DNA of 64,000 nt from an uncultured Candidatus Poseidoniales archaeon. GTDB taxonomy: Archaea; Thermoplasmatota; Poseidoniia; Poseidoniales; Poseidoniaceae. The notes under the pieces were generated by a model, which was given only the letters and a program-made list of their open reading frames with translations, was not told where the DNA came from and did not search any database. The DNA lies in the NCBI GenBank assembly GCA_902520595.1, contig CABYOM010000001.1, forward strand, positions 528-64,527, given 5' to 3'. The position numbers and the translations under genes were made by a program. Shown piece by piece: positions 1-10,452 of the stretch. Position 1 is the first letter of the stretch. Each line of letters starts with the position of its first letter.

Positions 1-65
1 TATTGATTCATATTCTGTTCATTCCAATTCGTGGTTGTGTACGAATGCGGTTCACTGCGAACCCT

Positions 66-1214
66 TCAGGTGCGTTCTTTGTTCACGAAGGCCGCCATGC
101 GACGGTATGTTGCGCATCTCCACAGGTATTCCAACGGTCCAAATCGGTACCGCTTGAGCCACTTTTCAGCGAGGTACAACTGTGCCCACCAAATGACGAT
201 GATGAGCAAAAACACCGTGGTGCGACTCAACCATTCCCCAGGAAGCAGTGAAGCGAGCGTCACGCACACAACGGTTTGACCAATGTAATTTGTCAGCGCC
301 GTCTTCCCAAGGGCTCGAATCCGATTGATGAGCACCCCGCTTGTCTTTTCATTCCACCACATCAACAAGCCAAGGTAGCCCAAAGCCATGGGGACCGTGC
401 CCACTGTGTTGGCAAAGTTCCCTTGAACGATGGCTATGGGTGAGAAGTTTTGCGTGGCGGTCCATGCCAATCCAACGCCTGAAAGAAGGGCGCCAAGAGC
501 GACAAGACACAGGCTGCGCTTGAAAAACGCGTCGCTTGCATTGACGTGAATTAACATCCCGTTGGCATACAAGCCCATGCCGATGAACATCATGCCCATA
601 GCCCGAGCAAACACATCGTACATCAACCCAAGAAACACCAAATCAACATCGGATGATGGGTTCTTGATGGAAAAACCCCCCCAGACTTTGAGGAAAGCGG
701 CAGGGTCAACGAAGGAGACAGTCAATCCACTGACGATGATCGGTGAGAGGTATAACAGGGTGCCAACCGAAATGAGCAGGTTTGGTGGGAGTTTTCTGCA
801 GAGCAACAACACAGGTGCACAACAGGCGTAGACAAAGAGAATGTCGCCCACCCATATCGATGCATGGAACGACCCCATGAGGAGAAGAAGGAAATTTCGC
901 CACAAGCTGAGCCTTACAGGCGAATGGCCCTTGGCTGCAGCACGTTCACAGAAGAGAAGCACGCTTGCGCCGAAAAGAATTGAAAAAAGAGCCATGAACT
1001 TCTGGTCAGCAAATACTTCGCCAAACCCACCAACCAACCAATCCAGTATCGTTTTGTTTTCCGGGCTGGAGATGTCAAAGTAAGCCGCACCTACGAAAAA
1101 GAAGGAGACAGCGTTCATGATGAGAATGCCCATAACGGCCACGCCACGAACCGTATCGAGGTGGGTGATACGTTGGAAAGAGGGCCGGACCTCCCCTGTC
1201 GCTTGTTGCTCCAT
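66..1214 (-). CDS. Polytopic membrane protein, YeiB/DUF418-like
   Basis: 382-aa ORF with many hydrophobic segments. N-terminal 'HLDTVRGVAVMGILIMN' and C-terminal 'RFGPLEYLWRCATY' resemble the YeiB/DUF418 family as I remember it. Confidence 0.55.
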   Translation of the reverse strand: MEQQATGEVRPSFQRITHLDTVRGVAVMGILIMNAVSFFFVGAAYFDISSPENKTILDWLVGGFGEVFADQKFMALFSILFGASVLLFCERAAAKGHSPVRLSLWRNFLLLLMGSFHASIWVGDILFVYACCAPVLLLCRKLPPNLLISVGTLLYLSPIIVSGLTVSFVDPAAFLKVWGGFSIKNPSSDVDLVFLGLMYDVFARAMGMMFIGMGLYANGMLIHVNASDAFFKRSLCLVALGALLSGVGLAWTATQNFSPIAIVQGNFANTVGTVPMALGYLGLLMWWNEKTSGVLINRIRALGKTALTNYIGQTVVCVTLASLLPGEWLSRTTVFLLIIVIWWAQLYLAEKWLKRYRFGPLEYLWRCATYRRMAAFVNKERT

Positions 1215-1493
1215 GATTTGGCCCCAGGCACACGGGGCTTAATGGAAACCCTTGTACATCACGTGAATAACGGATTTTGTTGGAATGTCAAGGGCCATGG
1301 TTTGGAGATGACTTGTAAGCCAAGTGAATACCTCGCGAATAACAATCACAAGGGTTTCTCAATAATACCGTTGTGAACATTGCAAACGAATGCATTGGCT
1401 TTCAGTCCGTCCTATCCAACCCAAGGCACTGACAAGACCAATTGCAAGCCTTTTGATTTACATATATCCAAGCAAAGGTTATTCCGATAGGCC

Positions 1494-2261
1494 CTATCTA
1501 TTTGCCCATCCTACTGTTGCAAAGATAATCAACGCGATTCCTACAACCAGCAAAGCGGGCCAACCAAAAGAGATTATAGCAATTAATGAAATTCCTGCTA
1601 CAATACCAACCCTTACTTTCACAACAGGATCACGAATATCTTCGGTAGAACTGAACCATGACCAGGGCCTCGCCAAAGCAATCACGCCACATGGGAAAAG
1701 TAAGAGTGAAGCCCACATGCTGAATTTAGCAATAGAGCCCAAAGATTCACAAGTTTCGTCACAAGTCCCAATTGAGCCCCCCAAACCGGAACCCATTCCG
1801 GAAAGAATCCAGAAAAATCCCACGATGATCATGAGTACGAACATCACAACACTACCAGCAATAATGAGGAAACCAACCATTTGCGCTTTATCACCTTCAG
1901 ATTTTGCGACGATGATTTTCTCTCGTACGTATGACACAGGATCGCCACCAACCGTAGAGGGCACGACCGTACTCTGTGAATCACTTGCAAGAGGAACTGA
2001 GGTATGTTGGAAATTACGAGGGTCTTCCGCTAAGAAAACCGTCTTTTGCGTCTTCGTTCCCAATGCAAATGCAAACCAAACGATCGAACTCAAACACATC
2101 AAACTCGAGATTAATCCCATGCATAAAAAAGTCTGACCGACACCAGGATCAAGCGTATCTCCTTCGTCATACATCAAACTGCCAAGAACATTTACTGCCT
2201 GTAAAATGAGAATGGCGATGCCAGCGAGAATTGCGGGTCCAGAGAACTTTTTCCAGTTCAT
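1494..2261 (-). CDS. Hypothetical integral membrane protein
   Basis: 255-aa ORF with at least 6 clear hydrophobic helices. Preferred over the overlapping + strand ORF 1390..2136, which is low-complexity. Confidence 0.4.
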   Translation of the reverse strand: MNWKKFSGPAILAGIAILILQAVNVLGSLMYDEGDTLDPGVGQTFLCMGLISSLMCLSSIVWFAFALGTKTQKTVFLAEDPRNFQHTSVPLASDSQSTVVPSTVGGDPVSYVREKIIVAKSEGDKAQMVGFLIIAGSVVMFVLMIIVGFFWILSGMGSGLGGSIGTCDETCESLGSIAKFSMWASLLLFPCGVIALARPWSWFSSTEDIRDPVVKVRVGIVAGISLIAIISFGWPALLVVGIALIIFATVGWANR

Positions 2262-2376
2262 TCACTTTATGCACCACTGCATCAGTATTCAATGATGCGC
2301 CGGTTCAAATGGGAGTCCATGCGAACACCATCGTTTCAAAGGGTATCCTTGAAAGGGTCAAGCCAGTGGCAAATGC

Positions 2377-3792
2377 ATGGACGAATGGCCTGTTGAGTGT
2401 TTCAAAGCCTACGACATTCGCGGTCTTGCTTACGGTGATGGAACCGGTGAGTTGACTCCTGACTTCGCCTATCGACTTGGCCGGGCTATGGCGACATACC
2501 TTGAATGCGATACATTTGCAGTCGGTCGTGATATTCGTCATTCCTCTCCCGCGTTAGCCAATGAACTGATGCGAGGGTTAGTTGATGGAGGCGTCACGGT
2601 TTCTGATTTAGGAATTGTATCAACCGGATGTGTCTATCATGCATGTTGGACTTTACCTGTTGATGGAGGCGTTATGGTGACTGCAAGTCACTTAGCCATG
2701 CCAACCTACAATGGATTCAAGATGTGTAGAGGAACTCTGCCGCTTGCTGGTGAAGAAATTCAAGAATTGAAAGACGTCTTTTTGCAAGGAAACTTCAGAG
2801 AAGGAACCGGACAAATTGTCGATACACCGCACTTGGAAACCTACCTTGATGCCATCATCGAATCAACGGGGCCAATCACTCGATCCGTCAAGGTCGCAGT
2901 TGATTGTGGAAACGCTGTTCCTGGTCCTGCCATGACTGCTCTTCTTGACCGAATGGGTTGTGAGCATGTTGATTTGTATTGCGACTGGGATGCTGACGAG
3001 CCAAACCATGGAGCAGACCCGACACGCCCAAAAAATATGGTTGACTTAGGAAAAGCTGTTGCCGAAAACGGCTGTGAATTTGGTCTTGGTGCTGATGGTG
3101 ATGGAGATCGAATTGGCGCTGTAGATGAGGCTGGTCGATTCATCTATCCAGACCGCTTGATTGCGTTGCTTGCCGACGATGTTGTTGGCACTGAGGAAGG
3201 AAAAGACCTGCTGATTTACGATGTCAAGTGCTCGATGAACGTCGAGAAGGCAATTGTTGCTGCTGGTGGCCGACCGATGATGGCCAAGACAGGGCATTCG
3301 TTCATGAAACGGGTTTTAGCAGCCCATCCAGATGCGTTGATGGCTGCAGAAATGAGCGGCCACATCTTCATGGCTGACCGTGGATGGTACGGTTTTGATT
3401 GTTCATTGTACAACGCTGCTCGACTGATTGAGTTGTGGTCGCGCACCAATGGGCTGAAGTTCAGTGAAGAGTTGAATCGTTTGGCACCAAACCTGCCGAC
3501 TACGGGGGAGGTCAAGGTGCCTTGTCCTGAAGAGAAGAAACTCGAAACTGTGGCTGCCATTCAGGGAGCCTTTAACGACTATGAATCCTCAACCATTGAC
3601 GGTATTCGAGTTCGCTTCAACAACGACAGCACGGGTGAACAGATTGGATGGTACTTGGCTCGTAAGTCAAACACAGAACCAATCCTTGTGATGCGCGTCG
3701 AGGCAGTGGATGAAGTGGTCTTGAAAGCCCTGATGATGATGATTCAAGAGCGAGTTTCACCAATCATCAACATCGACAAATTGCTTGGATAA
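2377..3792 (+). CDS. Phosphoglucomutase/phosphomannomutase family protein
   Basis: Motifs 'FKAYDIRG', the phosphoserine loop 'VTASHLAMPTYNGFK', the metal loop 'GADGDGDRIG' and 'EMSGH' are typical of alpha-D-phosphohexomutases. Confidence 0.85.
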   Translation: MDEWPVECFKAYDIRGLAYGDGTGELTPDFAYRLGRAMATYLECDTFAVGRDIRHSSPALANELMRGLVDGGVTVSDLGIVSTGCVYHACWTLPVDGGVMVTASHLAMPTYNGFKMCRGTLPLAGEEIQELKDVFLQGNFREGTGQIVDTPHLETYLDAIIESTGPITRSVKVAVDCGNAVPGPAMTALLDRMGCEHVDLYCDWDADEPNHGADPTRPKNMVDLGKAVAENGCEFGLGADGDGDRIGAVDEAGRFIYPDRLIALLADDVVGTEEGKDLLIYDVKCSMNVEKAIVAAGGRPMMAKTGHSFMKRVLAAHPDALMAAEMSGHIFMADRGWYGFDCSLYNAARLIELWSRTNGLKFSEELNRLAPNLPTTGEVKVPCPEEKKLETVAAIQGAFNDYESSTIDGIRVRFNNDSTGEQIGWYLARKSNTEPILVMRVEAVDEVVLKALMMMIQERVSPIINIDKLLG

Positions 3793-6700
3793 TCATTCAA
3801 CTGAATCCCAGAAATTGGTATTTGCTTCACTGCCCGACTCTTTGAACGCTTGCTCATCGTGCCTGACAGTTGGTGCCGGATGTTTGCCACCTGGAGCGCC
3901 CGGATGTTTCCATGACTCGACATGTTCCCACACGCCTTCACGCGGTGGAACTCCAATCTTTCCACCGGTATGCGCAGCATAGAGAATCCCAATTTTTGAG
4001 AAAATCATCCACTTGTTCCACTCCGGACGTTGATGGTTTGTTCCGCAGTCTTGGAAGGCGATGAAAATCTCAGGGTTCTGAGTATGTTGGTAATGGCCAG
4101 CGATAGTGCCCCAGTGTCTATTCTGATGTCTGCCTGGCTTGAATACGTAGGTGCCATTCACTTCTGAACTTCCGGCTCCTGAAACGGTTACACTCGGGGG
4201 CATGGATTTGGCTGGTATCCTTTTCACTGCCGGCTCTTTGAATACTGACTGTATTTTTTTGGCAGAATCTGAAGATTTACGATCAACAATGTCAAAATCT
4301 AATCGCCCAATCTGGTTATAGCCACCATCTGAAAAGACTCTAATGCTCCACCTGCCTGCTGATTTGGCTGGAAGTGAGAGTTCATTTCGGCCTACATCTC
4401 GGAAATACATCCAGTTTTGGTGTTGTTCTCCATGCTCGTGGTCCGTCGCTTTTTCAGGATACAAACCAAACCAAGCTTCGTTACCACTTGGCCGGTTGTT
4501 CACATTGAAGCGAATTGGTTTACCAGCCCTCGCTTCTAAGATTTTGATTTCACAGGTGCGACCCTTATTCAAGCTTCCTGAACTGCCCAGAGATGAAACA
4601 ACCTCGAAGACGACGTGTGTAAGCTCTCGACCATTGTGGTCCGTATCATGAAGCCTTAGAGTCCAGGTTCCCAATCCAGGGTTGGGCAGGGTGATGTCCC
4701 CCTTGGTCCTGCCTCCAAGATACTCATAACTGGTATCGTGTCTATCGTTAACTGCTTCATCGCCATGAGGTATCGCTACGGGAACGATTCCTATCCAAGC
4801 GTCATCGGGTAGTTTAGGTGCGGTGAAAGAGAAATCAATGCCTTCGTCAATCGTGTATGTGGATTTCGAGGTTGTGATTGTTGCCTTTCCTTCGACTAAA
4901 CTTTCGGATGAGGTAGTCGTGGAGCGTTGTTGCGGACTACTGTGAATATCGAAATCCAAGCGATGCTTGAGATTGTATCCACCATCTTTGAAAACGCGGA
5001 TGCTCCACTTGCCTGCGGGTTGTCCCGGTAATGTGGCATTGTTCACATCAATATCCCTCAACCAGCTCCATCGACCACCGTGGTCTTGATCACCAGCGTT
5101 TACAGGATAGATACCTACCCATGCCTCTCTTCCCCAACGTGTTCTATTGATTCTGAAGTGTACCGGCTGATTTGGCGCTGCGCGCCCAATAATCTCAATT
5201 GGCTCCTTCTCCTCTTCAAGACCCTTTCTCGCTGCTTCTTTCAATTTCAAAATTATTACTAAAACCCCGATAAGCATCAATGTGCCAAAGCCTGCAAGAA
5301 TCCCACCAAAAATTGTCATGACTGTAGATTCGACAAGTGTCTCACCGTCTTGAATCCACATTAGAGCGGGAGGATTTATCCCTTCGCTGGATACGTATTC
5401 GGCTGTGATTGTAGTGTTTCCTGCCATACACCCATAGCAGGCACGTCCAATTTTCACCAATTGGGTATCATTCTTCCATTTTTCCTTCGGCCAGTGTTGT
5501 GCATCGCAGCCACTACCCTCATGAGAAATTTCAACTTCGAATACTTCCCTTGTTTCATCCGCTGCACTCGGTGTTGATTCAGCATTCCATGGACTGCTCA
5601 TCCAATCTCCAGAATGTGTAGCATTCACAATGATATTTTCACAATAATCATGGATGCCATTGCCATTGTAGTCACCCGGTGTACCTTTGACGTAAATGAT
5701 GAAACCCTGGTCGCCGAACATATCAATATCCTCGATTTCTAAAGTTGCAGATGAAACACCATAGTGTTCAAAATTTTCAGCTGCTATTCCACCCAAGATA
5801 AGAAGCACTACACCGGGAATCAAGAGGAGTATGGCAAACACGGGTGCAATTTTCGTCCACCAAGGGGCGGGCTTACCGGTTTCGGCATACGATATGGCCC
5901 ACGAAGAGATGAGGATTAACGAAGCGACCACTGCCATGAATCCGCCAACACCAAACGCTATTGCGCCCGGAATGAGCATTCCGAGATTCTCCTGTCCACT
6001 TCCAATAAAAAGTGGTAAACCGATGATGAACAAGAATATGCCAATCACAAGTGCGATAACCGCTGGACGCTTGTTTGGCACTGCATCCGCCTCCTCGACA
6101 CTTCTCTCGCGATGAGCAGTAAATGTATCAGTGGTTTCTGATGATGTTGTGCTGGATTCTTCTTCTTCACCCTCGGCTTCGCTCTCTGATTCAGCACTTT
6201 TCTGATTATACGCGTATTCTGGAGAGAAGACCATTTTTACAAATTTTCGGAACACAAGCAACAGAGGTAAACCTCCCCACCAAATTAAACCGAACCCATA
6301 GGGGAATATTTTCCACCAATTCGTTGCCCAGTCACCCCAAGGCAATAATGTCCATGCGACTGGAAGACAAACGAGCCAAAGTAATGCCCAAATGGCCGTA
6401 AAGGGTAAACCGAAAAGGAGCAATCCATTTGTCGTATCCTGCCATTCTTGAGTTACGCTTTTGGTGCGATATGTGATCTTTAATGCCATGGCTGCAAGTG
6501 GAGCAATACCGATTGAAGCGAGGAAGGTTCCAAGCAGCAACCACCAAACTCCACCGCCACCCACGGAGTACATGCAGCTCTCTTCAGTGCCACCTGCGCT
6601 GACGCAAACTGGGTCGACTTGCATTCCAACGGTTTGAAGCGCGTGAATGCCTTCTTCAAGGAACCATTGAACTTGAAGAACTTCAAACATCAGGACTGCC

Positions 6701-6831
6701 CATGAACTTCCAAGTACAAACAATCTGATGATTGAGAGATTACGTGAATTGAGTTCTTCTAAAGAACAGTCATGCTGGCCGTAATTCATCTTAGAATGAA
6801 TCTGCTCAGCCATAAAAGTCCTAGAAGGCAC
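3793..6831 (-). CDS. Large multi-pass membrane protein with three internal ~110-aa repeats
   Basis: 1012-aa ORF. The N-terminal third is hydrophobic. Three repeats share 'EAW(V/F)G(I/L)YP...GRWS(I)RVF(K/S)DGGYN...RLDFDI'. No family recognised; the start codon is uncertain. Confidence 0.55.
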   Translation of the reverse strand: MPSRTFMAEQIHSKMNYGQHDCSLEELNSRNLSIIRLFVLGSSWAVLMFEVLQVQWFLEEGIHALQTVGMQVDPVCVSAGGTEESCMYSVGGGGVWWLLLGTFLASIGIAPLAAMALKITYRTKSVTQEWQDTTNGLLLFGLPFTAIWALLWLVCLPVAWTLLPWGDWATNWWKIFPYGFGLIWWGGLPLLLVFRKFVKMVFSPEYAYNQKSAESESEAEGEEEESSTTSSETTDTFTAHRERSVEEADAVPNKRPAVIALVIGIFLFIIGLPLFIGSGQENLGMLIPGAIAFGVGGFMAVVASLILISSWAISYAETGKPAPWWTKIAPVFAILLLIPGVVLLILGGIAAENFEHYGVSSATLEIEDIDMFGDQGFIIYVKGTPGDYNGNGIHDYCENIIVNATHSGDWMSSPWNAESTPSAADETREVFEVEISHEGSGCDAQHWPKEKWKNDTQLVKIGRACYGCMAGNTTITAEYVSSEGINPPALMWIQDGETLVESTVMTIFGGILAGFGTLMLIGVLVIILKLKEAARKGLEEEKEPIEIIGRAAPNQPVHFRINRTRWGREAWVGIYPVNAGDQDHGGRWSWLRDIDVNNATLPGQPAGKWSIRVFKDGGYNLKHRLDFDIHSSPQQRSTTTSSESLVEGKATITTSKSTYTIDEGIDFSFTAPKLPDDAWIGIVPVAIPHGDEAVNDRHDTSYEYLGGRTKGDITLPNPGLGTWTLRLHDTDHNGRELTHVVFEVVSSLGSSGSLNKGRTCEIKILEARAGKPIRFNVNNRPSGNEAWFGLYPEKATDHEHGEQHQNWMYFRDVGRNELSLPAKSAGRWSIRVFSDGGYNQIGRLDFDIVDRKSSDSAKKIQSVFKEPAVKRIPAKSMPPSVTVSGAGSSEVNGTYVFKPGRHQNRHWGTIAGHYQHTQNPEIFIAFQDCGTNHQRPEWNKWMIFSKIGILYAAHTGGKIGVPPREGVWEHVESWKHPGAPGGKHPAPTVRHDEQAFKESGSEANTNFWDSVE

Positions 6832-6853
6832 TGATTCTTATTCTTTCACTCGA

Positions 6854-7630
6854 TTAGAGTTCGCTTTCATCGAAGGCAGGGGCAATCGTGTAATCGAAGA
6901 TGATGAGTTCGACAGAGTAGGTGACTTCTTCACCATTATCGCTTCTCTGACAAGCGGGTCCCGGGGCGTTACCTGCTTCAGCATCAACACTAATCTCTGC
7001 AGAATACGAGCCTAAACCAGCACCCATTGAATCGATTTGAGAAACAATTTCCGACTCTGAAAGGCCGGAAACAGTAGCGCCAACCATAGAGGAATTGAAC
7101 CACTCAACAGTGACATCATGGCCGCCGTTTTGGCCACCATTTTGCCCATCAGCAGTACCATTGAATCCCGCATGCATGGCAGTTCCAGTGATTGTGTCCC
7201 CGGCATTTTGACCGCCGAGTGGTCCTACACAGGAAGGCCCTTGCGCCTCTTCATCTTCGCCATATGACATCATGACTCGAACACCAACGATGTTCATGTC
7301 TTCAGCATCGTCAACTGCGTCGGTGTGAAGGTCGTCGATCATCAATGTCTCGCCATCTGCAATGTATTCTATTCCATCAGCGATTTGAACATAAGTCAGT
7401 TCTCCATTAACATTGTAATCAGCGACGCCGCCCATTGCTCCACTTCCAGAAGTGTCTCCACCCATAATTGCAAAGTAACTCGGGAAAGCGACAACGAAAA
7501 ACACAATGCATACTAATGCAATTTGTGTATCTTGGTTCGATTTCAAATCGTCTAACGTGCCCATTAGCGTCGCCCTCAAACAAACCGAGGAAGACCCAAC
7601 CTCTATCACTTTCGGTCGATTGTTGAGCAA
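6854..7630 (-). CDS. Hypothetical acidic protein with one N-terminal TM/signal anchor
   Basis: 258-aa ORF with TM 'IALVCIVFFVVAFPSYFAIMG' followed by a D/E/G-rich domain. The true start may be an internal Met. Confidence 0.45.
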   Translation of the reverse strand: MLNNRPKVIEVGSSSVCLRATLMGTLDDLKSNQDTQIALVCIVFFVVAFPSYFAIMGGDTSGSGAMGGVADYNVNGELTYVQIADGIEYIADGETLMIDDLHTDAVDDAEDMNIVGVRVMMSYGEDEEAQGPSCVGPLGGQNAGDTITGTAMHAGFNGTADGQNGGQNGGHDVTVEWFNSSMVGATVSGLSESEIVSQIDSMGAGLGSYSAEISVDAEAGNAPGPACQRSDNGEEVTYSVELIIFDYTIAPAFDESEL

Positions 7631-7657
7631 ATATTCAGAAGATTAAGAGAAAATATT

Positions 7658-8248
7658 TCACTCTGATTCCCAATCAATCCACGATTGTTGAGGGGTGTTT
7701 GGCCAATCGTTCTTGCCGACAGAAAAACCGAGTTTCGCGAACTTTTTCCTCGACTTTTTCCAAACAGGGAGAAAAAAACCAATTTTTGAACGCTCACCGA
7801 AACTCCAACGCCAAGGGCATCGTGGTAATCGCGAAACCCAATGTTGCAGTAAAGATTGAGTCAATGGATGTTCAAGACCGCCTGGTAAAACCCAAGAAAT
7901 CATGTTGATCGCTCCTGATGAGCCGCGCGTTTCTGCCCAACTTGTTACTTCCAGACCACGAAGCGGTCCATCGAGGATACGCAGACCAAGCGTCCGAGTC
8001 GTTTGCGTCATTGGCATGATGATGGCAAATCGATCAACCATTCTCGAGCCTTCATGTCGTTCCATTGCCCATCCCGCTTCTTCAGCAAGAATACGAAATG
8101 CTTTGATGGATTGAACTGGCGATACACAGACTTCGAAATCTTGCGTAGCGCGTCGCACCATGATGTGGCCAAACGTTGGGTCGGCATCAACACTCCGATG
8201 AAGGAGTTTGAATTTGAACAGCCTAACGGCTGTATAGATTGTTTTCAA
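7658..8248 (-). CDS. Hypothetical protein
   Basis: 196-aa ORF on the same strand as its neighbours. No recognisable motif. Confidence 0.35.
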   Translation of the reverse strand: MKTIYTAVRLFKFKLLHRSVDADPTFGHIMVRRATQDFEVCVSPVQSIKAFRILAEEAGWAMERHEGSRMVDRFAIIMPMTQTTRTLGLRILDGPLRGLEVTSWAETRGSSGAINMISWVLPGGLEHPLTQSLLQHWVSRLPRCPWRWSFGERSKIGFFLPVWKKSRKKFAKLGFSVGKNDWPNTPQQSWIDWESE

Positions 8249-8407
8249 TCAAACCTGATGTTTGATTCGCTTGTATGCACGGTGTTCCCACAGTCCCACC
8301 CTTTCAGGTGAGGTTTTCCGTAGGGAGGACCGAGTATGACTACCGTGCTTCACTTGACGCGAGCATGTCGCGTTCGAAAGTGCGCTCGGCGGCGCTCGAT
8401 ACCTGTT

Positions 8408-8710
8408 TCAACCGAAAAGGGAACCAAGACCGTCGAAACCGCCTGCTTCTTCTTCTTCCTCTTCCTCTTCAACAGGGGCAGGGGCGTCTGAAGAACCACC
8501 ACCAGCAGCTGCGGGAGCAGCGGCAGCAGGAGCGGCAACAGCCTGGGTCATTGCATCAGCGATGTCAACACCGTCAAGTGAAGCAACCAGTGCTTTCACT
8601 CGAGCGTCGTCAGCTTTCACGCCAGCAGCCTTTAGAATGGCGCTCACGGTTTTTTCGTCAATGTCTTTTTCAGCAGCGTGCAGTAGCATAGCAGCGTATA
8701 CGTATTCCAT
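8408..8710 (-). CDS. rpl12: Ribosomal stalk protein P1 (L12)
   Basis: 'MEYVYAAMLLHAAEK...' followed by an Ala/Pro hinge, a poly-Glu run and the C-terminal 'GFDGLGSLFG' typical of archaeal P1. Confidence 0.92.
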   Translation of the reverse strand: MEYVYAAMLLHAAEKDIDEKTVSAILKAAGVKADDARVKALVASLDGVDIADAMTQAVAAPAAAAPAAAGGGSSDAPAPVEEEEEEEEAGGFDGLGSLFG

Positions 8711-8733
8711 ATTTTTTCACCTCATTATTTAGT

Positions 8734-9750
8734 TCAACCGAATAGATCTCCAAGTCCGCCGAAGCTTTCCTCTTCTTCCTCTTCTTCCTCTTCGTCGGCT
8801 TCAGTTGGTGCCTCAGAAGTGCTTTCAGGAGAACTTGCAGCGGTTGCGGCAGCGGATGCTGCTGCGCCCAACATGTTGGCAAGTTCTTCATCGAGTGCGT
8901 CGCTGTCAAGCTGTCCAGCAACGGCCATAGCGCCGTTGTGTGCTCGTCCAACGAGATGTGGCATGGTGTCTGCAGTTGCGATTGCAGCCTCCAGTGCAAC
9001 GGCCATTGCCTCTCGGCTGGCCTTTGCAAGAATTGTTGGCATTGTTTGGTTGGTATACCAAGTAATGTTGCAAGCGAGATTGAATGCACCAGCAGCATAG
9101 CTGATGAGGTCAGTCTCGAATTGCTCGTAGTCAATATCAAGTGTGCTTGGAGAGAAGACTGTGCCGTCTTCAAGAGTACCGCACAAACGTAGACCAGTGA
9201 CAATTGGGTTAATTCCAATCTTTGAGAGCATCATACCCATGTCACCTTCAAACACATCACCTTCTTCAAGAACAACGGTTCGCTTTTGGATTTGGACGGA
9301 GCCACCCATAATCTTTGCAGGAATTCCAACGGAGTTCAATTCACCAACTATCGGTCCTGGTGGCATGCCAGTGTCCATCTTTTCAACAACAATCTGATGG
9401 GGTGCAACGTCGCCTTCTTTAGCAGCACGTCCAGCCTCAGTCTTCTTGAGTTCGTCGAACATCTTGAAAGAGTTCAAACTTGAAGAGGAAACCAAAGCGG
9501 GTTGGACCGCACCTTGAAACAACTCATTGAGATTCTCATCTTTGAGTCCACAACGTTCCCACGCAATAGACATCAGACGCTTCTTTGCAACTTGGATTTT
9601 CATATCGCCACGAAGGGTAGCACGCATTCCGAGCATTGCTCCGGCAGGAACACCGTGAATATCGATAACTGCAAGGGTATCTCCGCTCTTGATGAGATCG
9701 GTGAGATCTTGAACAGTGTCTTTCTTCCAAGACATAACCTTAGGAATCAA
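8734..9750 (-). CDS. rpl10: Ribosomal stalk protein P0 (L10)
   Basis: 338 aa with a C-terminal 'EEEEEEEEESFGGLGDLFG' stalk tail. Sits between L1 and P1. The 4-nt overlap with the L1 gene involves the P0 start (9750) and the L1 stop (9747). Confidence 0.9.
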   Translation of the reverse strand: MIPKVMSWKKDTVQDLTDLIKSGDTLAVIDIHGVPAGAMLGMRATLRGDMKIQVAKKRLMSIAWERCGLKDENLNELFQGAVQPALVSSSSLNSFKMFDELKKTEAGRAAKEGDVAPHQIVVEKMDTGMPPGPIVGELNSVGIPAKIMGGSVQIQKRTVVLEEGDVFEGDMGMMLSKIGINPIVTGLRLCGTLEDGTVFSPSTLDIDYEQFETDLISYAAGAFNLACNITWYTNQTMPTILAKASREAMAVALEAAIATADTMPHLVGRAHNGAMAVAGQLDSDALDEELANMLGAAASAAATAASSPESTSEAPTEADEEEEEEEEESFGGLGDLFG

Positions 9751-10391
9751 TTAATCACCTCGACTGCACATGATGGCCCCATAGTTGTCTTGATGTAGAG
9801 TGAGCGAATGTTTCCAACACCACGCTCGAGTCTGGAAATAACACGGTTGTATACTTCCATTGCATTTGCATAGAGTTCATCTTCTGATTGAGCGACTGTT
9901 CCAAAAGAGATTTGGAAAGTCATCTTATCACCGGACTTGACAACGACAGTTGATTGAAGACCAGTTGCGATGATTGCAGGATCAAGAGTTGGAGGAACTG
10001 GACGAGGCATTTTTCCTCGTGGACCAAGAACAACACCGAGATATCGTCCAATCAGTCCCATGTGAGGGACTTCAGAAAGGAAGAAATCGTATGCGTTTGC
10101 GATTTTCTTTGCTTTGCCTTTATTTCCGCCAAGGTCTTCAATTTCTTGAGGAGTAATGACGTGGATACCAGCAGCTTTTGCTTTCGTTGCTGCTTCTCCA
10201 GCAGCGAACATTGCGATTTTAAGTGCTCGGCCACGTCCTGAAGGTAGACGAATTTCTTCCTTGATACGGTTGTTAGGATTCTTCAAATCCACATCTCGAA
10301 TAGTAAATGCAATGTCAACTGACTCGACAAATTTTCTCTTAGGTGCACCTTCAAGTGCGTCCTTGATTGCTTGATTAATTTTGTTTTCCAT
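9747..10391 (-). CDS. rpl1: Ribosomal protein L1
   Basis: 214 aa with 'FVESVDIAF...LKNPNNRI...LPSGRG' and 'GPRGKMP', in the conserved L11-L1-P0-P1 order. Confidence 0.9.
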   Translation of the reverse strand: MENKINQAIKDALEGAPKRKFVESVDIAFTIRDVDLKNPNNRIKEEIRLPSGRGRALKIAMFAAGEAATKAKAAGIHVITPQEIEDLGGNKGKAKKIANAYDFFLSEVPHMGLIGRYLGVVLGPRGKMPRPVPPTLDPAIIATGLQSTVVVKSGDKMTFQISFGTVAQSEDELYANAMEVYNRVISRLERGVGNIRSLYIKTTMGPSCAVEVIN

Positions 10392-10452
10392 TTTCGTTCA
10401 CCTCAGTGGTCAGCGAGACGCTCAAAGACGCCTCTACCACGGTTCGTGATTT

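Noticed and set aside
1390-2136. 248-aa + strand ORF overlapping the minus-strand membrane protein
   Set aside because: The minus-strand frame gives clean TM helices. The + frame gives P/T/K-rich low-complexity sequence typical of an antisense read-through.
8275-9218. Long ORFs on the + strand and in alternative frames across the P1/P0 genes (8275..8691 +, 8670..9218 -, 8819..9100 +)
   Set aside because: They are antisense or out of frame relative to unmistakable ribosomal stalk genes. Their Q/R/L/A-rich low complexity is the mirror image of the Ala/Glu-rich stalk coding sequence.
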